Position numbers and translations under genes: made by a program. Source: Armatimonadota bacterium (GTDB taxonomy: Bacteria > Sysuimicrobiota > Sysuimicrobiia > Sysuimicrobiales > Humicultoraceae). From it: a stretch of DNA of 23,685 bases. Positions 14,689-23,388 of the stretch are shown here, piece after piece. The notes under the pieces were generated by a model. It was not told where the DNA came from. It did no database searches and was given only the letters and a program-made list of their open reading frames with translations. Positions within the stretch are counted from its first letter, which is position 1. Each line of letters starts with the position of its first letter. The stretch lies in contig JBQTJG010000519.1 in NCBI GenBank assembly GCA_052387355.1, positions 1 through 23,685 on the forward strand, read 5' to 3'.

Positions 14689-17445
14689 TCAACCCTGTGG
14701 TGTCTCCTCGAGAAGGGCGGAGACAAGACGCTCCAACGGCATCAGCCGCCCCTCGACCAACATATCTGCGAACGCCGTCTCCCCCAAGTGCTCACGCACA
14801 AGACTCATGGTGTGGTCAAAATCGACCTGGTCGACAGGCGACATCAGCGCGCCAATGGCGTCGCGCACCGACTGCGCGGCGCCGAGCAGACGCGCGGCCT
14901 TTTCGTAGTTAGCCGGGGCGCACGCCGTGGCTCCCAATCCCGCGAGCGACTGCGCGATACCCCGTTTGTCACCAAGTCGCCATCGGATGGCCAGACTTTC
15001 TTTGAACAGCGCTTCGGCCTGGGCCGTATCCCCCCTCGCGCGTTCTACGATCCCCAGGTGGCCCAGGGTGTACCCGATGCCCCATTTGTCTTGCAATCCC
15101 CTGAAGTGGTCAAGGCTTTCTCGCAGCAACGCTGAGGCCCGCGCATGGTCCCCCGCAATCCGCGCCATAACCCCCAGGCTCCCGGTCACAGAGGCCGCCA
15201 TCCGCCTGTCACCTACTTTCTGGAGGAGCCCGAGGCTCTCCCGGAAGAGGCCGGCTGCCCGTCCGTAGTCCCCGTGATACTGCGCGGCCACGCCTGAAAT
15301 GACGAGAGAGAGCGTAATACCCCACGTGTAGTCGAGCCTCCGGAACTGGGCGAGAGCCTCGTCGCCGACCGCTGCCGCCTTCGCATAGTCCCCCCTGCCA
15401 ACCGCAGCCAGCCCCACGACCGCGAGGCATCGCGCCGTGCCGAGCTCGTCTCCGGCCGCTCGACTCAAGGCGAGGCCTTGTTCCCCCAGGCTGGCCGCTC
15501 GCGCGTAGTCCCCTTGATGGTACGCCAGCGAACCCGCCCCGTAGAGCGCCTTGGCTCGAACCGTGGCGGAGACCTCGTCGCTGGCGAACGCCTTCTCTAG
15601 CCACTTGCGCCCTTCAGAGAAATAGCTGTGCATGACCCAGAAGTACCACATCGCCGCAGCCAGCCGCAGTCCTGCCTCAGCGGTACGCGCTTGCGTCTGG
15701 TTCCACTCAAGGGCCGCCCGGAGGTTGTCAACCTCCCGCTCGAGACGTTCCAACCAGATCGCCTGGCCCTTGCCGGCCAGATGCGGCTCCGCCTCCTCCG
15801 CCAGCGCCAGGAACCAGTCCTGATGCCGGGCGCGCATCGTCGCGGCCTCCGAGGACTGTTCTAGCTTTTCCCGCGCATACTCGCGGACGGTTTCCAGGAA
15901 GCGATAGCGGGCCTCGTCTTCGTTCCCCTCGGCCAGGACCAGGGACTTGTCCACAAGGAGGGCAAGCAGGGCCAACACCTGATGGGCTTCGATGCCGTTT
16001 CCTGAACACACGGCCTCGGCGGCTTCCAGAGTGAGTCCTCCTGTGAACACCGAGAGGCGCCGCAGCAATATCCTCTCCGGCTCGCTCAGTAGTTCGAACC
16101 CCCAGTCCATGGTCGCGCGCAGGGTCTGGTGCCGGGACAGGGACGTCCGAATGCTCCCTGCGAGTAGCTGGAATCGGTCGTCGAGGCGTCTGGCGATCTG
16201 TTCCACCGACAGTAGTTTGACGCGCGTCGCGGCCAGTTCGAGCGCCAGGGGGATGCCATCCAAGCGGCGGCATACCTGCGTCACCGCAGCGGCATTCTGG
16301 GGCGTGATGCTGAAGGCCGGCTGGCTGAGCAACGCGCGATCGACGAACAGGCGGACCGCTTCGGACTGCATCAGCCGTTCAACGGAGGGCGGCTGCTCTG
16401 GATCTGGCAGAGAGAGAGGGGGAACGTGGTAGGTGACCTCGCCCGGGACCCCTAGGGTCTCCCAGCTAGTAGCCAGGACCCGCACGTGGGGACATCCCCG
16501 GAGCAGGGTCTCGGTCAGGCGCGCGCATGCCTCGACCAGATGCTCGCAGTTGTCGAGCACCACGAGCAATCGTTTGCTTCGAAGGTAGTCTGTTAGCGTC
16601 TCGATCATCGCTCGCCCCGGCTCTTCCCTCACCCCGAGTGCCACCGCTACAGCCTGTGGCACCAGTGCGTGCTCGGCCAGTGCGCCCAGTTCTGCCAGCC
16701 AGACGCCGTCCGGGAATGTCTCGAGAAGGTCGGCACCCACCTGGAGGGCCAGCCGCGTCTTGCCGCATCCTCCTGTGCCGGTGAGCGTCACCAAACGATG
16801 GTCAGACAGGAGGCGCTTGACGTCTCCCATCTCATGATGCCGTCCAATGAAGCTGGTGAGCTGACGGGTGAGATTGTTGGGAAGAACATTCAGGGTCCTC
16901 AGCGGCGGGAAGTCTGACGGAAGATCGGGGTGAACCACCTGAAAAATTCGCTCCGGTCGCAGGAGATCTTTGAGCCGGTGAGCGCCGAGGTCACGGAGTC
17001 CTGCGCCAGCGGGCAGTTCATCCTCTAGGAGATCGCGGACGGTCTGTGACAACAGAATCTGGCCGCCAGAGCCCGCGGTGCAGATGCGGGCGGCCCGATG
17101 GACGTCGATCCCCACGTAGCCCTTCTCGACGCGGAGGGGCTCCCCCGTATGGAGTCCCATCCGCACCCGCAGGCGCACATCTTTGGGCCAGGAATGGGTG
17201 AGCACGGCGCGCTGCGCGACGATGACGGCCACGAGGGCAGCTCTAGCGGTCGGGAAGGCGAAGTACAGTCCGTCGCCATGGCTTTCCACCTCCGCTCCGT
17301 CCTGTTCCTGAAAGGCCGCGCGAAGCAGACGGTGGTGGTCGGCGAGCAAGATCGCGTAGCGGTCGCCTAGATCCTCGAGGAGGCGGGTGGATCCTTCGAT
17401 GTCGGTAAACAGGAACGTGATGGTCCCGGAGGGCAGTCCAACCAT
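14689..17445 (-). CDS. STAND signalling protein: N-terminal class III nucleotide (adenylate/guanylate) cyclase domain, NB-ARC/AAA ATPase and C-terminal TPR repeats. No HTH domain.
   Basis: Cyclase motifs are TITFLFTDIEGST (metal Asp), ESHGDGLYFAF (metal Asp) and GIDVHRAARI (transition-state region). Walker A is TLTGTGGCGKTRLALQ, Walker B is LLVVLDNCEHL. There are more than 8 TPR-like repeats of the form (GDxxGxAxxLxxLG). RBS GGGAGGG lies 6 nt before the ATG at 17445. 918 aa. Confidence 0.9.
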   Translation of the reverse strand: MVGLPSGTITFLFTDIEGSTRLLEDLGDRYAILLADHHRLLRAAFQEQDGAEVESHGDGLYFAFPTARAALVAVIVAQRAVLTHSWPKDVRLRVRMGLHTGEPLRVEKGYVGIDVHRAARICTAGSGGQILLSQTVRDLLEDELPAGAGLRDLGAHRLKDLLRPERIFQVVHPDLPSDFPPLRTLNVLPNNLTRQLTSFIGRHHEMGDVKRLLSDHRLVTLTGTGGCGKTRLALQVGADLLETFPDGVWLAELGALAEHALVPQAVAVALGVREEPGRAMIETLTDYLRSKRLLVVLDNCEHLVEACARLTETLLRGCPHVRVLATSWETLGVPGEVTYHVPPLSLPDPEQPPSVERLMQSEAVRLFVDRALLSQPAFSITPQNAAAVTQVCRRLDGIPLALELAATRVKLLSVEQIARRLDDRFQLLAGSIRTSLSRHQTLRATMDWGFELLSEPERILLRRLSVFTGGLTLEAAEAVCSGNGIEAHQVLALLALLVDKSLVLAEGNEDEARYRFLETVREYAREKLEQSSEAATMRARHQDWFLALAEEAEPHLAGKGQAIWLERLEREVDNLRAALEWNQTQARTAEAGLRLAAAMWYFWVMHSYFSEGRKWLEKAFASDEVSATVRAKALYGAGSLAYHQGDYARAASLGEQGLALSRAAGDELGTARCLAVVGLAAVGRGDYAKAAAVGDEALAQFRRLDYTWGITLSLVISGVAAQYHGDYGRAAGLFRESLGLLQKVGDRRMAASVTGSLGVMARIAGDHARASALLRESLDHFRGLQDKWGIGYTLGHLGIVERARGDTAQAEALFKESLAIRWRLGDKRGIAQSLAGLGATACAPANYEKAARLLGAAQSVRDAIGALMSPVDQVDFDHTMSLVREHLGETAFADMLVEGRLMPLERLVSALLEETPQG

Positions 17446-17665
17446 GCCCAGCCCTCCCAGTGACGGGTGAAGGATCGACTGCCGGAGGGAGTTTCGCTGG
17501 TCCTCGAGTACCTCCTGCGACGGTCCCCCGGCTCCCGGCGCCTCGATGCCGATGGGAGGTCTCTTGGAGGTCGACAGGGCGGGGACGCGTGACGGCGAAA
17601 CCGGCTACGTCGCAGTTGCCACGGCACCGTCCCCTCTGGCCGGGAAAGGGCGGCGATCTCCAGCG

Positions 17666-19441
17666 ATGAAGGTCCTAGGATTTTCGGCGTTCTTCCACGA
17701 CTCGGCCGCTGCCGTGGTGGCGGATGGACGGGTCGTTGCTGCCGTCGAGGAAGAACGATTCAATCGCGAACCCCACACGAAACGGTTTCCCACGCACGCA
17801 ATCCACTACTGTCTGAACCAGGCCGGCATTGCTCCCGACGAGCTCGATGTGATCGCCTTCTTCCTTGATGTCGGCCCAACCCCGATCCGTGCGCTCGGCC
17901 AGGCGATGTTGAATACAGCGCTGTGGGTCAGGACGAACAGTTCCTCGGCACGACACGCGCTCCTATGGGCCAAAGCGAATCCCCGCGCCCTGATGCGTCT
18001 CTACAGCCCGTTTCGGGAAGCGACGGTCTCCACGATGAGGTGGCCTGCGATCATCCGCGGTGAGCTTCAGCTCGATCGACGGGCGAGACCGGCGCTCATC
18101 TGCGTGCCTCATCATCTGGCGCACATCGGCGGCTCGTATCTGATCAGTGGGCTCCCCGACGCGGCGATCATCGTCGCGGATGGTCGGGGGGAATGGATCA
18201 CGACCACCCTGGCTGTCGGCCACCATAACCGCCTGAACATCATCAAGAGCATTGCGCTCCCTGACTCGCTGGGGTATGTCTATGGCGCGTTGACGGCGTT
18301 CCTTGGCTTCCGCGTCGGCTCTGACGAAGGCAAGGTGATGGGGCTGTCCTCGTATGGTCAGCCTCGGTTCGATCGGGCGTTCACTGACTTTCTGAAGATT
18401 ACGCATGACGGGCTCTTCAAGGTGGACACCGCGCGTATCGATTACCCGCTGGCCTGGAGCGCCAAATACTTTCCTCAAAGATTGATTGAGGACCTCGGTC
18501 CTGCCCGCGATCCCGGTGAGGAGCTGGCGCAGCGACATGCGGATATCGCCAAGTCCCTACAACAGCAACTCGAACGGGCGCTCTTTTCCTTGTGTCACTA
18601 CCTGGAGCGGCGCGTCGAGGCCCGGCGGTTGTGCCTGTCGGGCGGTGTGGCGCTGAACAGCGTGGCCAACGGCCGGATCGCGCACGAATCGTGCTGGCGG
18701 GAGGTGTATGTGCCGCCCGCGCCTGGCGACGCCGGCGCAGCCCTGGGCGCAGCCGTCTGGGCCGCGATGCAGCTTGACGGAGAGCTCAGGATCACGTTGC
18801 CCGGTCCCTATCTTGGTCCTTCATACAGTGAGGGGGAGTGTCGGTCGGCTCTGGACCGCGCAGGGCTCCGCTATGTTCGACGCGCTGACGTCGCGGAGGT
18901 CGCGGCGCGGCTGCTCAGCGAGGGGGCGATCGTCGGGTGGTTTCAAGGACGGATGGAGTTTGGTTCCCGCGCCTTGGGCAATCGAAGCATCCTGGCGGAT
19001 CCACGATCGGCGCAGACGCGTGATCGAGTCAACACCCTCAAGGGGAGAGAGTTATGGCGGCCCCTGGCGCCCTCCATGCTGGTGGATGACGCGTACGAGT
19101 GGTTTGTGGAACCCGGCGAGTCGCCATACATGTCGTTTGTCAAAACCGCGAGGCCGGAACGAGCGGAGCGTATTGCAGCCTGTGTGCACGTGGATGGGAC
19201 CGCGCGTGTCCACACGGTCCGGCGCGAAGCCAACCCGAGGTTCGTGCACCTGCTGGAGAGCTTCGGGCGGCTAACTGGTGTGCCGTGCGTGTTGAACACC
19301 TCATTCAACCGGAGGGGGGAGCCAATCGTCTGCAGCCCCAGTGACGCCGCTAGCAGCTTCACGGCGATGGGTCTCGACTATCTGGTCATAGGCGATCTTG
19401 TGGTTGCCCCCAACGCAGAGGCCCTGGATGCCCTCCCGTAA
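17666..19441 (+). CDS. Carbamoyltransferase, NodU/CmcH/TobZ family
   Basis: MKVLGFSAFFHDSAAAVVADGRVVAAVEEERFNREPHTKRFP is the canonical family N-terminus (Kae1/HypF-like fold). The C-terminal carbamoyltransferase domain includes GRMEFGSRALGNRSILADPR. The track's upstream extension to 17546 is unlikely to be coding. Confidence 0.85.
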   Translation: MKVLGFSAFFHDSAAAVVADGRVVAAVEEERFNREPHTKRFPTHAIHYCLNQAGIAPDELDVIAFFLDVGPTPIRALGQAMLNTALWVRTNSSSARHALLWAKANPRALMRLYSPFREATVSTMRWPAIIRGELQLDRRARPALICVPHHLAHIGGSYLISGLPDAAIIVADGRGEWITTTLAVGHHNRLNIIKSIALPDSLGYVYGALTAFLGFRVGSDEGKVMGLSSYGQPRFDRAFTDFLKITHDGLFKVDTARIDYPLAWSAKYFPQRLIEDLGPARDPGEELAQRHADIAKSLQQQLERALFSLCHYLERRVEARRLCLSGGVALNSVANGRIAHESCWREVYVPPAPGDAGAALGAAVWAAMQLDGELRITLPGPYLGPSYSEGECRSALDRAGLRYVRRADVAEVAARLLSEGAIVGWFQGRMEFGSRALGNRSILADPRSAQTRDRVNTLKGRELWRPLAPSMLVDDAYEWFVEPGESPYMSFVKTARPERAERIAACVHVDGTARVHTVRREANPRFVHLLESFGRLTGVPCVLNTSFNRRGEPIVCSPSDAASSFTAMGLDYLVIGDLVVAPNAEALDALP

Positions 19442-19480
19442 CAGGCCTGTTGGGGCGTCGCCTCCCGGATGACGCCGCGT

Positions 19481-20395
19481 CTATCGCTGGCTCCCTCTAA
19501 ACACATCAAGGATCGGCACCGGACCGGCTACGTAGGTCGGCAACTGGCCGTTCCACTTGTTGATGGCGTGCAACTGCGCCTCGATCCGCCGTAGTTCCAC
19601 CAGCGCCGGTGTCACGTTCTCTTTTTGAATCCGCAGCGCCTCGGCCTGAGCCCGGGCCTGTTCGATCTGCTGCTGCGCTTCGAGGCGTATGCGCTGCAAG
19701 TCGCGCTCGGCCTTGAGCACCTGCTGGGTTGCGGTGACCTTCGCCTCAATCGCCTCGTTGAACGACTTGCTGAACGAGAAATCGGTGATCGACACCGCCT
19801 CGTCCCGGATGCCGAACCGCCCGAGCCGCTGACTGAGGTTCTGTGAGATCGCGTCGCGGACTTCGGGCCGCCGCGTGATCAACTCCTCGGCGGTGAACCG
19901 CGCCGTGGAGGCCTTGACCGACTCCTGAATGGCAGGCTTGATGATGCGCTCCTCATAGTCCTGGCGTAGCGAGCGATAAATCTCCACCACCTGGTTGGCG
20001 TCGAGCCGGTAGTTGAGCGTCACTTTGGCCTTCACGTCCTGCAGGTCGCGTGAGGCGGCCTCGGCGACCGCGTCGAAGGCGACCACCTGCACCGACATCA
20101 GCTCGACTGCATTGATGAACGGCGCGACCATATAGAGGCCCTCGCCTTTTACGACCTCAGTCGGCGCCCCGAATCGTAGCACCACCCCTCGATAGCCGGC
20201 CGGCACCTGGCCGAAGCTCGCCGAGAATCCGAGCGTGAGGATAGCGATCAGCAGCGCCAGCAAGATGCCGCCGGCGTTGACGCTTGAAATCCTCCGCGCG
20301 CCCGGCCCGGCAGACTGCGTGGTGAAGGCCTGCCGGAGTACGAAGCCTGCCAGGCCGAGTCCGAGAACATAGACGACCAGTTTGAGGAACGCCAT
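19481..20395 (-). CDS. SPFH / band-7 (prohibitin-like) membrane protein
   Basis: N-terminal TM MAFLKLVVYVLGLGLAGFVLRQAF. The SPFH core is GYRGVVLRFGAPTEVVKGEGLYMVAPFINAVELMSVQV and the coiled-coil tail is ERDLQRIRLEAQQQIEQARAQAEALRIQ. RBS GGGGAGG lies 8 nt upstream. Confidence 0.85.
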   Translation of the reverse strand: MAFLKLVVYVLGLGLAGFVLRQAFTTQSAGPGARRISSVNAGGILLALLIAILTLGFSASFGQVPAGYRGVVLRFGAPTEVVKGEGLYMVAPFINAVELMSVQVVAFDAVAEAASRDLQDVKAKVTLNYRLDANQVVEIYRSLRQDYEERIIKPAIQESVKASTARFTAEELITRRPEVRDAISQNLSQRLGRFGIRDEAVSITDFSFSKSFNEAIEAKVTATQQVLKAERDLQRIRLEAQQQIEQARAQAEALRIQKENVTPALVELRRIEAQLHAINKWNGQLPTYVAGPVPILDVFRGSQR

Positions 20396-20437
20396 GTCGT
20401 TCGCCTCCCCTGCGGAGTCTGCTGACCGCGGTGGACG

Positions 20438-21943
20438 CTAGCGCCCGGTGGCGGTGGGGACGCGATCGGGACTGGCGGCCACCTCGGAGAAGAACCGCGC
20501 CTCCAGCGCCGCGGCCGACGGAGGCTCGTAGCCAAACCGAACGTGCGCGACCAGCGCGGGATGCACCGCCCGCACCGCCTCGTAGAGCAGCAGCGCGACG
20601 CGCCGGTAGGAGAAGTGTCCGGCCTCGCGCGCGCGCAGCGGTCCCACGCTGTAGAGCTCGCGAAGGTTCAGTGTCGCCAGGAAGCGGCGGTTGTGCGCGT
20701 TCGTCACCAGGTAGGCCGCCTCGCCCGGAACGTCGCGGGCGATCGCATGATACGCGTCGGTCGCCAGATCGATGGCGTCGCGGAACCGCCGGCCGAACCC
20801 GGCCTCATCGATCGCGCGCGGCACGGCGTAGCCCAGGTCGACAGTCGGCGCCTGTGGGCTCTGCGTCATCATCCGGTGCCGCTTGAGATCGAAGTATGCG
20901 CCCTGGTCGCACACGATGTCGACCGTATAGGTCGTGTGCTCGAACTCGCGCAGCGGCGCGTCGAATCGATCCAGGCGTCCCAGTGACCGTTCGATGACCA
21001 TCCCGCGCTCAGATGGGCTCAGGTCCGACGCCCGATCCCAGGTTTCCTCGTACGAGGCGCGGCCGTGGCGGTAGAGACAGGCGGCGACGACACGGATCTC
21101 CGCATCACGGTCGTAGTGCATCAGGCGGACGCTCGGTGAGCCCCCGCGCGCATCCCCCGGGGCCGGCATCAGGCTCAGGGCTGCGGCCTCCATCTCATGT
21201 GCGGTCTCGATCAAGTATCGGTTGGCATTCGCGTACTTGACCAGCGTCGGCACCTCGCGTTGCGCCACCAGTTTGACTTCGGCGCCGATCTCGCGTACTT
21301 CTGCGAGCGGGTGCGACAGCATCTTGGTGACCGCGTGCTCGAGCGCCCGCGCGTTGGCGGTCATCCCCACGTTGGCCACGGTCGCGCAGGGCAGCAGGAA
21401 CCGGCAGACATCCACATACTTGGACCGGGTCCGGGCGGCGTACGCGCGGTCGGCTTCGCCCTCGCGCCGCGGATACCATTCCTCGATGACCCGGCGCACC
21501 GGCTCGATGCTGTCGTGATAGGCCTGAAAGAGATGCCGGCAGGTGGCCAGGAAGCGGTCGGCGTGGGCCGACGCCGCGATCGCCGGGGGCACGTAAAAGG
21601 TATCGAAGATCTGATACCGCGTAGACTTCTCGGTGTACGAGCAGAGCCGGTTGCTTTCAAGGCATTCAATGGCGAGACGCGACAGGTTCTCCAGCGCCAG
21701 GTGCAGGACGGCGTGCTCGGCCACTGAAGCGTGCCCGTATCCCAGGACCCACTTTTCATGAAATTCACTGGATTGGGCCTCGGTCAGTTCCTGGGCGATC
21801 TCGCGAAACGACTTGGGGCTGCGGGAGGTCTTGGCAAAGGCCACAGCAATAACCTCAGGGGGAAGGAGCCTGGGGCTAAGGAGGTATATGTCGCGTTTGC
21901 GCTGCGATGGAGATGCGTCTACGGAGGCGAACTGTGGGTTCAT
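20438..21943 (-). CDS. Tandem-duplicated (fused two-domain) ThyX-like flavin-dependent thymidylate synthase homologue
   Basis: ATG at 21943 (MNPQFASV...) with GGGGGAAGG upstream. Half 1 is AFAKTSRSP...GHASVAEHAVLHLALENLSRLAIECLESNRLCSYTEKSTRY. It has the ThyX HxSVxEH and SY..S.RY motifs, but RHR is replaced by SNR. Half 2 is RVVAACLYRHGRASYEE...FEHTTYTVDIVCDQGAYFDLKRHRMMTQSPQ...NLRELYSVGPLRAREAGHFSYRRVALLLYEAV. It has RHR but lacks S.RY. Both halves align along the full ThyX fold. The track's extension to 22267 lacks an RBS and context. Confidence 0.7.
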   Translation of the reverse strand: MNPQFASVDASPSQRKRDIYLLSPRLLPPEVIAVAFAKTSRSPKSFREIAQELTEAQSSEFHEKWVLGYGHASVAEHAVLHLALENLSRLAIECLESNRLCSYTEKSTRYQIFDTFYVPPAIAASAHADRFLATCRHLFQAYHDSIEPVRRVIEEWYPRREGEADRAYAARTRSKYVDVCRFLLPCATVANVGMTANARALEHAVTKMLSHPLAEVREIGAEVKLVAQREVPTLVKYANANRYLIETAHEMEAAALSLMPAPGDARGGSPSVRLMHYDRDAEIRVVAACLYRHGRASYEETWDRASDLSPSERGMVIERSLGRLDRFDAPLREFEHTTYTVDIVCDQGAYFDLKRHRMMTQSPQAPTVDLGYAVPRAIDEAGFGRRFRDAIDLATDAYHAIARDVPGEAAYLVTNAHNRRFLATLNLRELYSVGPLRAREAGHFSYRRVALLLYEAVRAVHPALVAHVRFGYEPPSAAALEARFFSEVAASPDRVPTATGR

Positions 21944-22004
21944 GGCCTTCCCCCTGGGGTCCCTCTTCCATTCCGCACGCAGCCCGGAACTCCTGCTCGC
22001 TTCC

Positions 22005-22050
22005 AGGATATTGTGGACGAACCTTGCGATTCTTCTATATCTAGTGGCGG
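22005..22050. promoter_or_regulatory. AT-enriched island in the divergent ThyX-like / Nudix intergenic region. Probable promoter -10 elements.
   Basis: ggatattgtggacgaaccttgcgattcttctatatctagtgg is conspicuously AT-rich against ~67% GC background. TTGTGG-N16-TTCTAT and TATATC hexamers are present. Strand assignment is unresolved. Confidence 0.25.
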
Positions 22051-22105
22051 TAGGGGACCTACTCCGGCTGCAGGAGAGGGTCGCGCCTTCGGCCAAGACC
22101 CAGGT

Positions 22106-22693
22106 GTGGATCTCCTGCAAACCCTGAAGGTCCGCCTGGCGGAGACACCCGGCCACGATCTGCCTCCGCACCCACACCTTCGCGCCGGAGTGCTGGTGCC
22201 GGTATTCGAGGCCGGCGGCGTTCCTCAGCTCCTCCTGACCAGGCGGACGGAGACCGTCGAGCACCACAAGGGACAGATTTCATTCCCAGGGGGCCGTCAG
22301 GAAGATGTCGACCCCGACCTGCTCACCACAGCGCTTCGCGAGGCATTTGAAGAAATCGGCCTGGAGCCGTCTTCGGTGGACGTGTGGGGCCGGCTCGACG
22401 AGATCGAAACAGTCGTGTCGGGCTTTGCCATCACTCCCTATGTCGGCCTGGTGCCTCCGCCCGAGGGCCTGCATCCCAACCCCTATGAGATCGACGCGAT
22501 CATCGCTGTGCCGCTGCCCGTATTTCTGGATCCGGCGAATCTCAGAATCGAGCAGCACGTCCGCGCCGGCCGCCCGCGCGACCTGCTGTTCTATTCCTAT
22601 CCCCCTCACGTCATCTGGGGCGCAACAGCACGCATCATCAACGGGCTGGTGGGCCTCCTGACCACTGAGCCGGCGAGGGGAAGCGGACGATGA
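22106..22693 (+). CDS. Nudix hydrolase, NudL-like CoA pyrophosphatase
   Basis: AGVLVPVFEAGGVPQLLLTRRTETVEHHKGQISFPGGRQEDVDPDLLTTALREAFEEIGL is the NudL signature (LLTxR...HxGxxxFPGG) plus the Nudix box REAFEEIG. The start is taken as the GTG at 22106 (~28 aa before the core, typical for the family). There is no ATG in frame and the start is uncertain. The stop overlaps the next gene (ATGA). Confidence 0.7.
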   Translation: MDLLQTLKVRLAETPGHDLPPHPHLRAGVLVPVFEAGGVPQLLLTRRTETVEHHKGQISFPGGRQEDVDPDLLTTALREAFEEIGLEPSSVDVWGRLDEIETVVSGFAITPYVGLVPPPEGLHPNPYEIDAIIAVPLPVFLDPANLRIEQHVRAGRPRDLLFYSYPPHVIWGATARIINGLVGLLTTEPARGSGR

Positions 22694-23373
22694 GGATCGC
22701 GGTCTTCTCCGATGTGCATGGCAACGCCGCCGCGCTGGAGGCTGTGCTGGTCGCCATCGAGGCGCAGCGTCCGGACCAGATCATCTGCGGAGGCGACCTG
22801 GCGTTCGGAGGACCGGACCCCGAGGCGTCTGTCGCGCGAATCAGGACGCTTGGAGTCCCCTGTGTGCGCGGCAATACCGATGAGTGGCTGACCCCGACCA
22901 GCAAGGCGCCGCCTGAGGGACTTGTCGCATACACACGCGCGCATCTTAGCGCGCTGTCCCGGCAGTTCCTCGCCACCCTGCCCTTTGATCACCGGATCGA
23001 CGATCTCGTGGTCGTGCACGCTACGCCATGGAGCATCTCCGACGTGGTGCCGAAGGGAGCGGATCAACCGGCGCTGCGCCGCGTTCTCGCCGAGGCGCGC
23101 GCCGCGGCGGTCGTCTACGCGCATATTCACCAGGGATGGATCGGTCAGGTCGACGGTGTAGGGCTCGTGGTGAATACCGGCAGCGTGGGTTCTCCCTACG
23201 ACGGGGATCCACGGCCGAGCTACGCGGTGCTCGAGCGGGCGTCGTCAGGATGGACCGCCGCGCTGCATCGCGTCACGTATGACCTCGAGCGCGCCGCGGC
23301 AAGCTTCCCCAAGGACCACCCGTCGGCATCCACCTGGGCCGCCATGATCCGCACCGGACGCCGCACCGGGTAG
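22690..23373 (+). CDS. Metallophosphoesterase (calcineurin-like, YfcE/MJ0936-type phosphodiesterase)
   Basis: MRIAVFSDVHGN, IICGGDLAFGGPDP, RGNTDEW, VVVHATP, VYAHIHQ. All the metallophosphatase signature blocks are present. Confidence 0.85.
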   Translation: MRIAVFSDVHGNAAALEAVLVAIEAQRPDQIICGGDLAFGGPDPEASVARIRTLGVPCVRGNTDEWLTPTSKAPPEGLVAYTRAHLSALSRQFLATLPFDHRIDDLVVVHATPWSISDVVPKGADQPALRRVLAEARAAAVVYAHIHQGWIGQVDGVGLVVNTGSVGSPYDGDPRPSYAVLERASSGWTAALHRVTYDLERAAASFPKDHPSASTWAAMIRTGRRTG

Positions 23374-23388
23374 CCGGCTCCGGGCGAA

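Noticed and set aside
14689-17445. Considered labelling the STAND protein as a LuxR-family transcriptional regulator, like mycobacterial AC-ATPase-LuxR proteins
   Set aside because: The C-terminus ends in TPR repeats (…LVSALLEETPQG) with no HTH motif, so a DNA-binding role is not supported by the sequence.
19442-19480. Inverted repeats (CAGGCCTG palindrome; GGCGTC-N11-GACGCC) between the convergent carbamoyltransferase and SPFH genes
   Set aside because: Stems of 6 bp or less with a long loop and no U-tract. This could be a weak bidirectional terminator, but it is not distinguishable from background GC palindromes.
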